This document shows, piece by piece, positions 25,257 to 35,708 of a DNA stretch of 64,000 nucleotides. The position numbers and the translations under genes were made by a program. Origin of the DNA: a virus; IMG/VR virus record IMGVR_UViG_3300017963_000233; one strand, 5' to 3'. Position 1 is the first letter of the stretch, and each line of letters begins with the position of its first letter. The notes beneath the pieces are model-generated. The model was not told where the DNA came from. It did no database searches and saw only the letters and a list, made by a program, of their open reading frames with translations.

Positions 25257-26624
25257 ATGCCATGGACTACAAAGGATGTTGATAAGCATAAAAAAGGATT
25301 GACCCCGGCACAGAAAAAGAAATGGGTCAGTATCGCAAACTCTATTCTTGCATCTTGCAAAAAGGAGGGCGGATCTGATTGCGAAGGCAAAGCGATCAGA
25401 GTGGCGAATAGTAAATTTTCAGAAAACGGAGTTGCTATGAAGATACCAAAGGGAGCGTTTCGACTTATTGAGACTGGTCAAGATTGTCATGCGTTTGCAG
25501 AAGATGGCGACGATCAGAAGTCACCAGTTCTTAGAATCAAAGTGTATTCGGGAAAACCGATCAAGAGTCACTGGTATTGGGATGATCTTGTGATTGATAC
25601 GTCAGGTATGTCATTTCCAAAAAAGACATATCCTGTTCTTGAAGATCACATGACATCGAGGAAAATAGCTTATTCCAAGAAGCCAATAGTCGGAGAAGAT
25701 TACAGTTTGAGTCTTGATCCTGAAACGACAAAGTTCGTATCAACTCCAGAGAGCGAGGAGTTTCAAAGATTATCTTCAGAGGGCTTCCCCTATCAAGCAA
25801 GTGTGTATGCGATTCCATCAGTAATTGAGAGAGTGGAGGATGGGGAGTCTGTTGAGGTGAATGGATACAAGTTTAAAGGCCCTGGTACAGTGTGGAGAAA
25901 ATCCGAGTACAGAGAAGGGTCTGTATGTGTTTTTGGTTATGATTCAAATACACAATCTTCCGCATTCGCTGATAAGGAAGAGGAAGAAATATTTGTTGAG
26001 GAAATCAACAAGAGGGACCCGGCCCTCTTGAACGGAACCGATGATGTGGCGGTGGAAAAAACAGAAGAGGAGGTGAGTGAAGAAATGACATTGGAAGAAC
26101 TGAGAGAGAAACACCCTGAACTTGTGAAGTCTATCGAGGATGCTGCTATTTCGACCTTTAAAGCTGAAATCAACAAGCAGAAAGAGTCTGATGAAGCGAA
26201 GATGTCAGCTTTGAAGACAGAGAACGAGCAATTAAGTGAAAAGATCGTATCTCTTGAAAAGAAAGACGCCATCCGTACCGAGAAAGAACTGAAGATGCAA
26301 GCTGAGGCAATATGGGATAAGAAACTTTCCCAGAGTGATGTCTCCGAGCGCCTTTACGACAAGATCAAGGGAATGGTGCGGTACTCGAAATTCGTTGAAG
26401 ATGATGTGCTTGATGTGGAGAAATTCACTGAGGCAGTCGATGCGGAAATTGAGGACTGGGTAGGCAGGGGAGCCACTGGGACTGTACTTGGTGGCGGTTT
26501 TCAATCAAAGAATGATCTTGATTCAAAAACCGAGAAGGAGCAGCAGACGTTGAAAGAAAATGACGATGTTGCAAATAAACTTCTCAAACTGGCAGGTCAG
26601 AAGGTTGAGGAGGACGCTGCCTGA
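25257..26624 (+). CDS. prohead protease / scaffold fusion
   Basis: ChaB-like N-terminus; LEDH...IA, YQASV, EGSVCVFGYDSNT protease motifs; coiled-coil acidic C-terminal scaffold. Confidence 0.8.
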   Translation: MPWTTKDVDKHKKGLTPAQKKKWVSIANSILASCKKEGGSDCEGKAIRVANSKFSENGVAMKIPKGAFRLIETGQDCHAFAEDGDDQKSPVLRIKVYSGKPIKSHWYWDDLVIDTSGMSFPKKTYPVLEDHMTSRKIAYSKKPIVGEDYSLSLDPETTKFVSTPESEEFQRLSSEGFPYQASVYAIPSVIERVEDGESVEVNGYKFKGPGTVWRKSEYREGSVCVFGYDSNTQSSAFADKEEEEIFVEEINKRDPALLNGTDDVAVEKTEEEVSEEMTLEELREKHPELVKSIEDAAISTFKAEINKQKESDEAKMSALKTENEQLSEKIVSLEKKDAIRTEKELKMQAEAIWDKKLSQSDVSERLYDKIKGMVRYSKFVEDDVLDVEKFTEAVDAEIEDWVGRGATGTVLGGGFQSKNDLDSKTEKEQQTLKENDDVANKLLKLAGQKVEEDAA

Positions 26625-26652
26625 AATCCACTAAGATTGGAGGTGAGTATTA

Positions 26653-27336
26653 ATGCCAAGTGATATTCCTCATGTTTTGTACGGAGCGCAGATTGATTAC
26701 AAGCGTTTATATTATTCAGATGAACTTGCGGCGCTGAAGGTTCCCATCACCCTTCAAGCGGGCTACGGGAAGTTGGAAGCGGGTATGGCGATTGCGATCA
26801 ATAAATCTGCTGCTGGGAATTACGGTAAACATCTTCCCTACAACCCCACTTCGTTTACTGGGGCGGAGGATCATCCAGGCCGTGCGTATCTTGTTACCGA
26901 CTCCGGGACAACGGCGACAGAATTATACGTCAATATGGATGATTCTTATAAATTTGCAGTTGGTGACGATGTTATCATCAATGATAATACGACATCTGCT
27001 GAAAACCTTGGTGCGATCACGGCGATTGACCGCACGACTGAAACTCATCGTGCCAAGATCACCGTGACAACTGCAACAGGTGGGACTTCGTTTACCACAG
27101 CGCGATATGCGTATATCTGCGTAGAGGCTGGAACGAGCGGCAACAACTACTCAGATGGGGTCGGTATCCTTGAAAAGACTGTGGATACTGGAACCGGGTC
27201 GGATGCAAAGGGAGCAGTTTCAACACTGATTCTTGGTAATTGTGTCCTTTACACCGGGATGCTAACGAATGTCGATGCGGCATTCAGGACTGATGTAAGT
27301 GCCTCCACGTACGGCAATTACACATATATTCGATGA
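26653..27336 (+). CDS. head decoration protein
   Basis: between scaffold and MCP; ITLQAGYGKLEAG and 'GILEKTVDT' resemble lambda gpD-like decoration proteins; Thr-rich insert. Confidence 0.65.
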   Translation: MPSDIPHVLYGAQIDYKRLYYSDELAALKVPITLQAGYGKLEAGMAIAINKSAAGNYGKHLPYNPTSFTGAEDHPGRAYLVTDSGTTATELYVNMDDSYKFAVGDDVIINDNTTSAENLGAITAIDRTTETHRAKITVTTATGGTSFTTARYAYICVEAGTSGNNYSDGVGILEKTVDTGTGSDAKGAVSTLILGNCVLYTGMLTNVDAAFRTDVSASTYGNYTYIR

Positions 27337-27355
27337 GGAAGGAGGTGAGTGATTA

Positions 27356-28603
27356 ATGCCAAGAGGTATAGCAGATATTCCTGAATTAAGGCTTGAGGTT
27401 CTTCAGAAATTCGTCACAAAGTTTACGGTTGATCCTGACCTTCTTCTGATGAATCTCTTTTCATCTTCCAATTCACCCTCGGACTTGATCAAGTGGGAAT
27501 CTCATGAAGGATCAAGGGGAATGACTCCCTTTGTGCCGCCTGGAGCACCCGCACCAAGAACTGCACCGTTGGGTATCGCGGAACATTCAGCACGTGCCGC
27601 GTATTGGAAGGAAAAAATTTACTATGACGAGGAATTCCTCAATAACCTTCGAAAAGAAGGAACGGAATCCGAGTATATGGATTCAGCAATGCGTCTCGCA
27701 AGAGATATGGCAATGTTGAGAAACCGTTCCAATCGAAGAAAAGAGTGGATGTTCGCTCAAATGCTGTTCAGCGGATCCTTTGACTACGATGTAAGGGATG
27801 GGTATAAAGCAACTGTTGACTACAGCATTCGTTCAGATCACAATGTATCACTTGCAGCCGCTTCACAATGGGATGACGGAACTTCCCGTGACATCCTTGG
27901 AGATATCATCGACGGTAAGAAGAAAATCGCTGATGATTGCGGTGGCAGGGTAGATTATGCAGTGATGAACAGCACCGTGTTGAAATACGTTGCGCGTGAT
28001 CCTGATATCCAGGCTCTCCTGCAAAAGACCACATTTGGTCGAGGTGATCTGTTCAGCGGCAATCGTGACAGTATTGTTGGTGTCAATCCGAGAGTGATCG
28101 GACAATTGCTTGACATTGATAATTTTGTCGTCTACGATGAAAAATATGAAGTCAGAGCATATCTCACATCAGCAGTTACGGCGGATTCCACAACTTCAAT
28201 TTCTGTTGAAGATGCCGCTGATTTCGTTGCGGGTGGTACTTTGAAGTTTGTTGATACTTCAGAGGACACTTGGGAAGAGGAAACAATTTCGAGTGTTGAT
28301 GTACAAGGTGGCACTGTCACTGTGTCCACCGCCCCGTCAACGAGTTACAAAGCGGGTGAAGATTATGTCTCGATGATCAGGGACTTTGCTCCGAATGATA
28401 AGTTCCTCATGATGGCTTCAAGAGTTGAGGGGCAGCAGATCGCGGAGTACAAGCAAGCTCCATTTGGCAAGGGCAGACACTACGGACAATATACGGATTC
28501 CGATTGGAACTGGGATCCTGAAGGTGTCTTTATTCGCGTACAAGATAAGGGACTCCCGGTGTTATACCAGAGGGATGGTATGTACATTCTGGATGTCGCT
28601 TAA
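27356..28603 (+). CDS. major capsid protein (HK97 fold, gpE-like) with inserted beta domain
   Basis: GMTPFVPPGAPAP, NRRKEWMFAQML, WDPEG..IRVQDKGLPV. Confidence 0.85.
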   Translation: MPRGIADIPELRLEVLQKFVTKFTVDPDLLLMNLFSSSNSPSDLIKWESHEGSRGMTPFVPPGAPAPRTAPLGIAEHSARAAYWKEKIYYDEEFLNNLRKEGTESEYMDSAMRLARDMAMLRNRSNRRKEWMFAQMLFSGSFDYDVRDGYKATVDYSIRSDHNVSLAAASQWDDGTSRDILGDIIDGKKKIADDCGGRVDYAVMNSTVLKYVARDPDIQALLQKTTFGRGDLFSGNRDSIVGVNPRVIGQLLDIDNFVVYDEKYEVRAYLTSAVTADSTTSISVEDAADFVAGGTLKFVDTSEDTWEEETISSVDVQGGTVTVSTAPSTSYKAGEDYVSMIRDFAPNDKFLMMASRVEGQQIAEYKQAPFGKGRHYGQYTDSDWNWDPEGVFIRVQDKGLPVLYQRDGMYILDVA

Positions 28604-28621
28604 AGGAAAGGAGGTGACCTA

Positions 28622-29116
28622 ATGTCCGGAAGAAGCAAAACTCCTTTCCCATATCCGCAAATGGAGATTCTGGGTGATTCCAGAATTCAACCCCCGTTGC
28701 AGTATGCATATAGTGGGGAAATAACAGGCCTGACGGGGCATAATCCTTTAGGCGCGGTTCGAAAGGCAGGTCGAGTTATCGATGTCTCTTTGAGTGTCGG
28801 GGCGTCTGGTAAAGATGACACCAATCCTTTGCAGATCAGCGGGGATGTGTACATCAATGGAACAACTTGTCTTTCAACTAAACCTTCCATCGCTCATGTA
28901 AGCGGGGAAGCCTCGCAGCAGAAAACCACGAAGGTTACTGGCGATACAGGAATTGCTCAAGCTGTAATCAATGCTTCTGCAAACACAGTGGCCCCAGGTG
29001 ATGTGATCACTTGTTCTTTCTCTGTTGAAAGAACATCAACACCTACCACTGAAATTTCGAATCCTGTTATTGTTGTGGAGTTTGAGCCAGTGAGTGGTAC
29101 TCCACACGCTCATTAA
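28622..29116 (+). CDS. probable minor capsid/spike beta-sandwich protein
   Basis: beta-rich, directly after MCP, strong RBS. Confidence 0.55.
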   Translation: MSGRSKTPFPYPQMEILGDSRIQPPLQYAYSGEITGLTGHNPLGAVRKAGRVIDVSLSVGASGKDDTNPLQISGDVYINGTTCLSTKPSIAHVSGEASQQKTTKVTGDTGIAQAVINASANTVAPGDVITCSFSVERTSTPTTEISNPVIVVEFEPVSGTPHAH

Positions 29117-29127
29117 AAATAATTGAA

Positions 29128-29154
29128 TAAGGGGCGGTAGTACCACGCCCCTTA
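29128..29154 (+). terminator. GC-rich intergenic hairpin without U-tract
   Basis: TAAGGGGCG...CGCCCCTTA. Confidence 0.35.
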
Positions 29155-29181
29155 GTCAAAGCTGAAAGGAAGACAACAATC

Positions 29182-29511
29182 ATGGACGCAAGAAAAATTC
29201 GTTTTTTGGTTGAATTAAAGGCGGGGAGCCAAACATGGAGAAAAGACTCTACAATGGAGGCTCCCTTCCCCGCTGTAATAATGACAGAGTTGAGGGCAAA
29301 TGCATCTGGGAAAGTATGGCCTGCCACAATTGAAGTAATTGAAAGGGAAGTTTCACAGCAAAAAGCAAAAAAGGAGGAACGCAAAGAGGATATATCTGTT
29401 GATTTGAAAGTTGAAAAAGAGGCAGAGGGGACCAGTAGTAGCGAGGATACATCTACTGCTGAAAACAAAACAGAGAAACCAAAGAAGAAACCACCTATAA
29501 GAAAGCAATAA
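29182..29511 (+). CDS. hypothetical protein, charged C-terminus
   Basis: 109 aa in head operon. Confidence 0.6.
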   Translation: MDARKIRFLVELKAGSQTWRKDSTMEAPFPAVIMTELRANASGKVWPATIEVIEREVSQQKAKKEERKEDISVDLKVEKEAEGTSSSEDTSTAENKTEKPKKKPPIRKQ

Positions 29512-29533
29512 AGGCATTCACGGGTGATACACT

Positions 29534-30001
29534 ATGACCAGAGATGAAACCATTGCTCAGATAAAGGAAGAGGTAAAGAATTTAACGAGCTACCTCACAG
29601 ATCCAACTGATTATGAGAATGCTGTTGATGAAGCAGCGAGAGAGACAGGTTGGAGTTATCCTATATCTGGCAATACAAGGACGAAGTGGCAACTTTTTAG
29701 ATCAAAGCGCCATTTGTTCTTTTATCTGTGGTCTGAATCAGCACACAAATTCAAGTACAAACAAATCAACCTTCAACATAGATTCGATCATTACGAAAGA
29801 TTGATCAAGTATATGGATGAAGTTTGGGAAAAAGCATTGATGGAAGACGCGGATTTGAATGCGGAACTTTCAGGTGCTGATCAGTTCGAATTGTTTGGTA
29901 CTAAGATTGATGCTGGTTTCGCGTATGAATCACAGACTGGTAGAGATATCACCTACGATGAGGACCAGATTGTTATACACCATCCCAATGAGAGTTCCTA
30001 A
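29534..30001 (+). CDS. head-tail adaptor (probable)
   Basis: position and size; helical N-terminus MTRDETIAQIKEEV. Confidence 0.5.
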   Translation: MTRDETIAQIKEEVKNLTSYLTDPTDYENAVDEAARETGWSYPISGNTRTKWQLFRSKRHLFFYLWSESAHKFKYKQINLQHRFDHYERLIKYMDEVWEKALMEDADLNAELSGADQFELFGTKIDAGFAYESQTGRDITYDEDQIVIHHPNESS

Positions 30002-30645
30002 TGACATCTGGGCTTGGTCGAGATATTAGAGAGGTATTCGAGGAAGTTGGTGTCCATTATAGCATCAGCAGATCAGGAGAGGTAACGACTTCCGGAGAAT
30101 ATCTTGACTGGGAACCCAATTCACAAGTAACAAAGCCCTTCATTAGAGAATACTTCCTTGAGTGTTATTTCGTTTACAATACAAATGTACAAAATGGCGA
30201 TGTAGTACAGTTCTTGCCTTCTGGCGAGTTGGAAGGTGGGGACAAGTATCTGGTAATGAACAAAACACCAAGCATTTTCGAAAATGAGATAATCGATTAT
30301 GCAGGTGTCTTGTACAAAGTGAATGTCTCAGGAGAATTGCACCGTCCATCTGGAGAGGCAGCGTGGCCTACTCAAACTTACCACAAAGAAGTTACTTTCC
30401 AGAAGATCGCTGATGAAGTGCCTGCCCTTCAAACGGAACCTTTGTTTGGAGGTGAGCTTGAATTCGAAGAGGAGCTTGCTTTGCTTGGAATTGAAAAGCA
30501 AGATCTTTATGTTCCTTCAGAATACAACGTACAAGCTCTTGATAGGTACTATACGGCTTCTGGTGAGTATTACATGGTAGAGTCTGTCAAACAGCGAAGA
30601 TTTATTGGTGTCGATGTTGTCATTTTGAGTGAAGATACAAGATAG
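30001..30645 (+). CDS. head-closure/neck protein (probable)
   Basis: beta-rich, coupled to adaptor. Confidence 0.5.
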   Translation: MTSGLGRDIREVFEEVGVHYSISRSGEVTTSGEYLDWEPNSQVTKPFIREYFLECYFVYNTNVQNGDVVQFLPSGELEGGDKYLVMNKTPSIFENEIIDYAGVLYKVNVSGELHRPSGEAAWPTQTYHKEVTFQKIADEVPALQTEPLFGGELEFEEELALLGIEKQDLYVPSEYNVQALDRYYTASGEYYMVESVKQRRFIGVDVVILSEDTR

Positions 30646-30673
30646 AACAATCTAAAATTAGAAGGAGCAATCA

Positions 30674-32830
30674 ATGGAAAAACCCAAGGTTTTACTTGTG
30701 GGTGAACATCCACTTGGTACGACAGGTAATTGCGGCATGATGGCGACGATATTGACCGATATCGATCAAAGCAAATTCGATGTTTCATGTGCCGTTGTAG
30801 GTTTTCCAAATAACACGAGTTCAATATTATTCAAACACTTCAACGTACCTATCATACCCATATCGAGAGAGAACGATTTCTGGGGAGGCGGTCCAATTAC
30901 GGACATCGTTAATCGAGGGAAATTGGACATTCTTTGTTTTGTTGGAATTGATTTGTGGCGATATGCAACGATGTTCGACCACATTAGAATGCAAAGAGAT
31001 GCGAGAGGTTTCAAATGGGGTGCTATATTTCCGTATGACTTTATAAGCGTAAGAGATGATTTTGTCGAAATGGCGAATGTTTTGGATTTTCCATGCGTTT
31101 ACAGTCAGTATGGATTTGATATGCTGCATAGCCATGTGCCCAATTTGAGGTACTTTAGACCAAGATTGCATTTTGAGGAAATATGGAAGCCAAAGACGAA
31201 AGAAGAAATTGAAAAGATCAGGCGTTATCTTTTTTATGGTACTGATATATCAATCGAGTCTTTCATGATTGGTTTTGTTGGAATCAATCAGTATAGGAAA
31301 GATCCCCAAAAGACGATAAAGGCATTCAGTTATTTTTCGAGGAAACATGAAAATAGTATATTCTATATGCATACTGAGAAGACATATGGAGTATATAACA
31401 TAGCGCAATTCGCCATAGATTGCGGATTGGAAACGGGTAAACTATTAACGAAGCCCGACAATGTTAAATATCCAGTCCATCAAATGCCAGATGTGTTCAA
31501 CTGCTTCGATCTATACAGTAATTGTTCGATACAGGAGGGGTTGAGTTGGACTGTTATTGAATCGATGCTTTGTGGTACTCCTGCTGTCATATCGGATTCT
31601 ACGGCACATAAGGAACTGATCGTAGACAAGAATCTGATGGTGAAATGTCAGACCCCATGTTATTTGCCTATACAAACACCCCAAGGTCAGAACTGGATCG
31701 ATGCGTTTTGCTGTCAGCCTGAAGATATTTCAAGATCTTTTGAATGGTATTACAATCTTTCAGAAAAAGACAAGGAAGAAATCAAGCAATTGTCTTTGAA
31801 AAAAGGCAACGAATGGATTGAAGGATGTCATGATCCTAATGCGCTTTTCAGAGAGATTATCGTAAAGAAGAAAACAGTTGTGAGGAAGGAGGTCAAAGAG
31901 GCAGTTCTATTTGCACAACATAGCGCCGCAGGGGATGTGTTCATGACGACTCGATGTTTTAAGGGATTAAAGGAAAGACATCCAGATATTCCATTCCATT
32001 ACATGACACAGGAGAAATATCATGGCATCATCAGGAACAACCCATTCATTGATAAAATTATCGCTTGGGACCCACAGATTATTAATCAAAAATTATACAA
32101 ATACATCTACAATCCACACGGTGATACTATTTTACCTGGTCACTGGGGGCGAAATTGCAATTCGATATTATCAGATTTTTACTGGAAAATCCTACGTGTT
32201 GAACCGTCTGATTTTTACATTGAACAGATTCCTCCATCGATTGAAAACCTGATAAAAGCTGAAACGAAGCTGTACAATTCGTTGAATGAATGGATAGAGG
32301 CATTTGAAGCATATCCAGTTGCCGTTGTGCATACGACAGGTGGTGATCCTCATTTTCGAACCTACAAATACATGCATGAAGTTTCCGAGCATTTGAGAAA
32401 TATGGGGTTTCATGTGATTCAGCTTGGAGGGAAAAATGATTACACTGCAAAAGCTGACACAGACTTTCGCGGTATTCTTTCGTATGGCGAATCTGCTTGG
32501 ATTATGAGCAGAGCGAGAATAGCAATAACAGTTGATTCCTTCATGAGCCATTTGGCTGGTGCACTAGGGATTGATCAAGTTTGTTTATTTGGAAGTGGTA
32601 ATTATGTTGTCGTGCGTCCTTGGCAAAAGGAAGGATCTCGATTGATCTGCATGGTGCCTGATTATGTCTACGATTGTAAAGGACTTGGACCTTGTTCCGC
32701 AAGTGTGAAAGATTGTGCTGTTCCATGTACAGGAAGACACGATCCAAAGGATATTAATAAAGCAGTAGATCAACTTTTATTGAGTGGTGCAAAAGATGAG
32801 GTAACAATCATGAGGGAGGAAATTGCATGA
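30674..32830 (+). CDS. GT4 + GT9 double glycosyltransferase fusion
   Basis: N: FVGINQYRKD, EGLSWTVIESMLCGTP (GT4); C: HSAAGDVFMTT, VIQLGG, TVDSFMSHLAGALG (GT9). Confidence 0.9.
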   Translation: MEKPKVLLVGEHPLGTTGNCGMMATILTDIDQSKFDVSCAVVGFPNNTSSILFKHFNVPIIPISRENDFWGGGPITDIVNRGKLDILCFVGIDLWRYATMFDHIRMQRDARGFKWGAIFPYDFISVRDDFVEMANVLDFPCVYSQYGFDMLHSHVPNLRYFRPRLHFEEIWKPKTKEEIEKIRRYLFYGTDISIESFMIGFVGINQYRKDPQKTIKAFSYFSRKHENSIFYMHTEKTYGVYNIAQFAIDCGLETGKLLTKPDNVKYPVHQMPDVFNCFDLYSNCSIQEGLSWTVIESMLCGTPAVISDSTAHKELIVDKNLMVKCQTPCYLPIQTPQGQNWIDAFCCQPEDISRSFEWYYNLSEKDKEEIKQLSLKKGNEWIEGCHDPNALFREIIVKKKTVVRKEVKEAVLFAQHSAAGDVFMTTRCFKGLKERHPDIPFHYMTQEKYHGIIRNNPFIDKIIAWDPQIINQKLYKYIYNPHGDTILPGHWGRNCNSILSDFYWKILRVEPSDFYIEQIPPSIENLIKAETKLYNSLNEWIEAFEAYPVAVVHTTGGDPHFRTYKYMHEVSEHLRNMGFHVIQLGGKNDYTAKADTDFRGILSYGESAWIMSRARIAITVDSFMSHLAGALGIDQVCLFGSGNYVVVRPWQKEGSRLICMVPDYVYDCKGLGPCSASVKDCAVPCTGRHDPKDINKAVDQLLLSGAKDEVTIMREEIA

Positions 32831-33531
32831 AGCCTTTAGTTGTCGCAAGTAACATGTACAATGAGATCGATCAATTGGAGGGATGGTGGAATCATGCTTC
32901 ATTGATAGCGGATTCCGGCATCTTGATAGTTGATAGTGGCTCTACTGATGGTACAATCCAATTTTTCGAAGATAAAAAGAAACTGGGTTATAAAGTTGTT
33001 GTCATCCATGATGAAATAATCCAAAGGGATGGATATGGACCTGCAAGGAATCATTTGAGGCATGAATCTTCAGTTCATTTCAAAGATGCTCATTGGATGA
33101 TATATCTTGATGCAGATGAAAGAATATTCCCGGAAGACTTCCACAGACTCAGATGGATAAAGGATTATCTTGATTTTGAATATGATGTTGTTGCTTTACC
33201 GAGAATTGATTGGATGGATGATGATATGCAGAAAATGGCGAAGGATTGGAGGGTGAATCCTGATTGGCAAGCAAGAATGACAAGATTAGGAAGTCCTCTA
33301 CGCTATGTGCGTCGTCTGCATGAGCAGATCACAGATTTTAGGAAAGTTTATAATAGTCTGTCATCTCCAAAAATAAATCATTTTCACAGAACAGCGGGGC
33401 AGAAGAAAAGGGATTTGGTAGGGAAATTATGTGCTAAATTGCACCATGAGGATGATGAGTGGGGCCATACATATCCAAAGCACCACAAAGAAGATCATTA
33501 TCTTGAATTGTATCAGAAAGAGGGACTATGA
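32827..33531 (+). CDS. GT2 family glycosyltransferase
   Basis: YNEIDQL, IVDSGSTDGT, YLDADER. Confidence 0.9.
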   Translation: MKPLVVASNMYNEIDQLEGWWNHASLIADSGILIVDSGSTDGTIQFFEDKKKLGYKVVVIHDEIIQRDGYGPARNHLRHESSVHFKDAHWMIYLDADERIFPEDFHRLRWIKDYLDFEYDVVALPRIDWMDDDMQKMAKDWRVNPDWQARMTRLGSPLRYVRRLHEQITDFRKVYNSLSSPKINHFHRTAGQKKRDLVGKLCAKLHHEDDEWGHTYPKHHKEDHYLELYQKEGL

Positions 33532-34223
33532 ATAAAGGTATCGTCATATTTACACCGCATCATTCAGGTTCTTCATTTTTAATGCATACGTTGAGGATGT
33601 GCGGTATGTATTACGGGGAGCATACATTTGGATGGAATGAAAAACTTTATCATCATCTTGAACGAAATGATATTATGGAAAGAATTTCAAATATAAAATA
33701 TAAGGATGGTGATAGAGGTGATGATTATGATTATATAAGAAAGGTATTGGAATCTTATAAACACAAATCCCATTTTTATGGTATGAAAATGACCAATTTC
33801 AGTACTTGGAGTTGGGCGATACTTAAACCTATTTTTGAGGAAATATGGGGTGACGAATTAATTTGTTGTACAATTATCAGAGATCCTTTCAGAAATTATG
33901 ATGACAATAAAACAATGGAAAATAGATACAAATCGATGAAGTTCCAACGGTACCTTTTGAAAAGTTATAGATTCAAGTGTTTATTATTTCCTGATTACTG
34001 GGATGATGGACGAATAATTCAATTTGTGAATAAACTTGGTATGGAATGGAATGATGAAATATATCTAAAAGAGAAACCTGAAATGAATCCCACTCTTTCA
34101 GTTTTTACCAAAGGGTATGCACCAGACAAACCGAGTAGATCACTTATTGATGAGGGATTGGAAAGTAAATATCCAAAAACCTTGGATTTGTATAATGAAA
34201 TGTTGGGATATTTGCAAGAATGA
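33528..34223 (+). CDS. sulfotransferase-like protein
   Basis: PAPS-loop-like TPHHSGSSFL and IIRDP. Confidence 0.6.
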   Translation: MNKGIVIFTPHHSGSSFLMHTLRMCGMYYGEHTFGWNEKLYHHLERNDIMERISNIKYKDGDRGDDYDYIRKVLESYKHKSHFYGMKMTNFSTWSWAILKPIFEEIWGDELICCTIIRDPFRNYDDNKTMENRYKSMKFQRYLLKSYRFKCLLFPDYWDDGRIIQFVNKLGMEWNDEIYLKEKPEMNPTLSVFTKGYAPDKPSRSLIDEGLESKYPKTLDLYNEMLGYLQE

Positions 34224-35038
34224 AGACTTATTTTCAAGAAAGAAAATCGAAGTGGAATCCACCTGAATGCAAACAGACTCCAGGTGAATCGAGGTACCCT
34301 TTTGATTATTGTCTGATCATGCTTGATGGTATGTTGCCATTTTTGCGACTTCATTTTTTGAGTCTTGAACAGCGTTTGAAATTAACAGATTTCAACTCTA
34401 TCCATGTGATTTGCAAGAATACGAAAAGTGATGTCAAGGAATTTTGCAGTAAATACGAATATATTAATATCCATGAACTTGATATGTACACACCAAAAAA
34501 TATTGATAATCCTTGGCAATGGGATATGGCATACAATTATGAATATATAGTAGAGTGTTGCGGTGATTCAGATTTTGTTATTATGATTCATCCCGATGTT
34601 GATTATTACAATGCCGATGTTTACTGGGATGGTATTTACAATTCAATAAGAGATAATGTAGGTGTTGTTTACGAAGGAGCAATGAGTGTTGTAAGGAGAG
34701 AAGCATATATATCAAGTCATTTAGGATTTTGGCCTCTTATGAATGCTAGATATATGAGGCCTGAAGATGATAGTAATGGAGTTTACATTGTTGGTAATCT
34801 TTCACCTCAAAAGATATTCTCCAAAGGTAAATTGTTTAACATCTTGGGCATAGAAATGTTCGAATTGTTTTGCATCGATATTCAGCAATATGGATGGCAT
34901 AGTATTGTGATTCCTGAAATTTCTTATTTCGCAAGAAACCATATATCGGATAGCAGCAATCATGATCCAGAAAACGTAGAAATGAGAAAACGAAAATTGG
35001 ATCATGTCAATTCGAGGATACGAAAATTAGGAGGATAG
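34220..35038 (+). CDS. GT-A fold glycosyltransferase-like protein
   Basis: FVIMIHPDVD DxD-like motif; context. Confidence 0.5.
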   Translation: MKTYFQERKSKWNPPECKQTPGESRYPFDYCLIMLDGMLPFLRLHFLSLEQRLKLTDFNSIHVICKNTKSDVKEFCSKYEYINIHELDMYTPKNIDNPWQWDMAYNYEYIVECCGDSDFVIMIHPDVDYYNADVYWDGIYNSIRDNVGVVYEGAMSVVRREAYISSHLGFWPLMNARYMRPEDDSNGVYIVGNLSPQKIFSKGKLFNILGIEMFELFCIDIQQYGWHSIVIPEISYFARNHISDSSNHDPENVEMRKRKLDHVNSRIRKLGG

Positions 35039-35039
35039 T

Positions 35040-35708
35040 ATGGGGAAGGAAGCATTCACAATTGTTGACAAATTTGAACAATGTCTTTGCGATTACACCG
35101 GTGCTCCTTACGCTATCGCTTTAGACAATTGCAGTAATGCAATATTCCTTGCACTGGTATATTCCGATATCAAAGACACAGTGATCACCATACCATCACA
35201 TACATATCCTTCCGTTCCTTGCGAGATCATACATGCGGGTGGTATTGTTGAATTCCAAGAATCGTCAAAGTTTTTAGAAGGCCCCTACAGGCTGAAGCCA
35301 ACAAGTGTAATCGATAGTTCTTTGCGGTTCACATATGGAATGTATGAAAACGGCCGTATAATGTGTCTTTCGTTCACTGGTCCATATAAGCATTTGAAGC
35401 TGGGAAAAGGTGGGGCGATTCTTACCGATGATGCTTGGGCTTGCAATTGGTTCAAAAGAGCGAGATTTAGTGGAAGACGGGAAATGTCATACCACGATGA
35501 TTATTTGGATATGCTTGGATGGAATTTTTATATGCTTCCTGAAATTGCAGCAAGAGGATGTCATTTGATACGACAATTCTATGACACGAAAGATATGCCG
35601 ATTCACAATAAAGATCTTCGCATTGAATATCCAGATTTATCTCAATTTCCTGTTTACAAAAATCACCATAGTATATGGAACTACAATTTGGAGGGAGAAT
35701 CATTATGA
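35040..35708 (+). CDS. DegT/DnrJ/EryC1/StrS aminotransferase (short form)
   Basis: FEQCLCDYTGAPYAIALDNCSNAIFLAL; SFTGPYKHL..GKGGAIL (PLP lysine). Confidence 0.8.
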   Translation: MGKEAFTIVDKFEQCLCDYTGAPYAIALDNCSNAIFLALVYSDIKDTVITIPSHTYPSVPCEIIHAGGIVEFQESSKFLEGPYRLKPTSVIDSSLRFTYGMYENGRIMCLSFTGPYKHLKLGKGGAILTDDAWACNWFKRARFSGRREMSYHDDYLDMLGWNFYMLPEIAARGCHLIRQFYDTKDMPIHNKDLRIEYPDLSQFPVYKNHHSIWNYNLEGESL

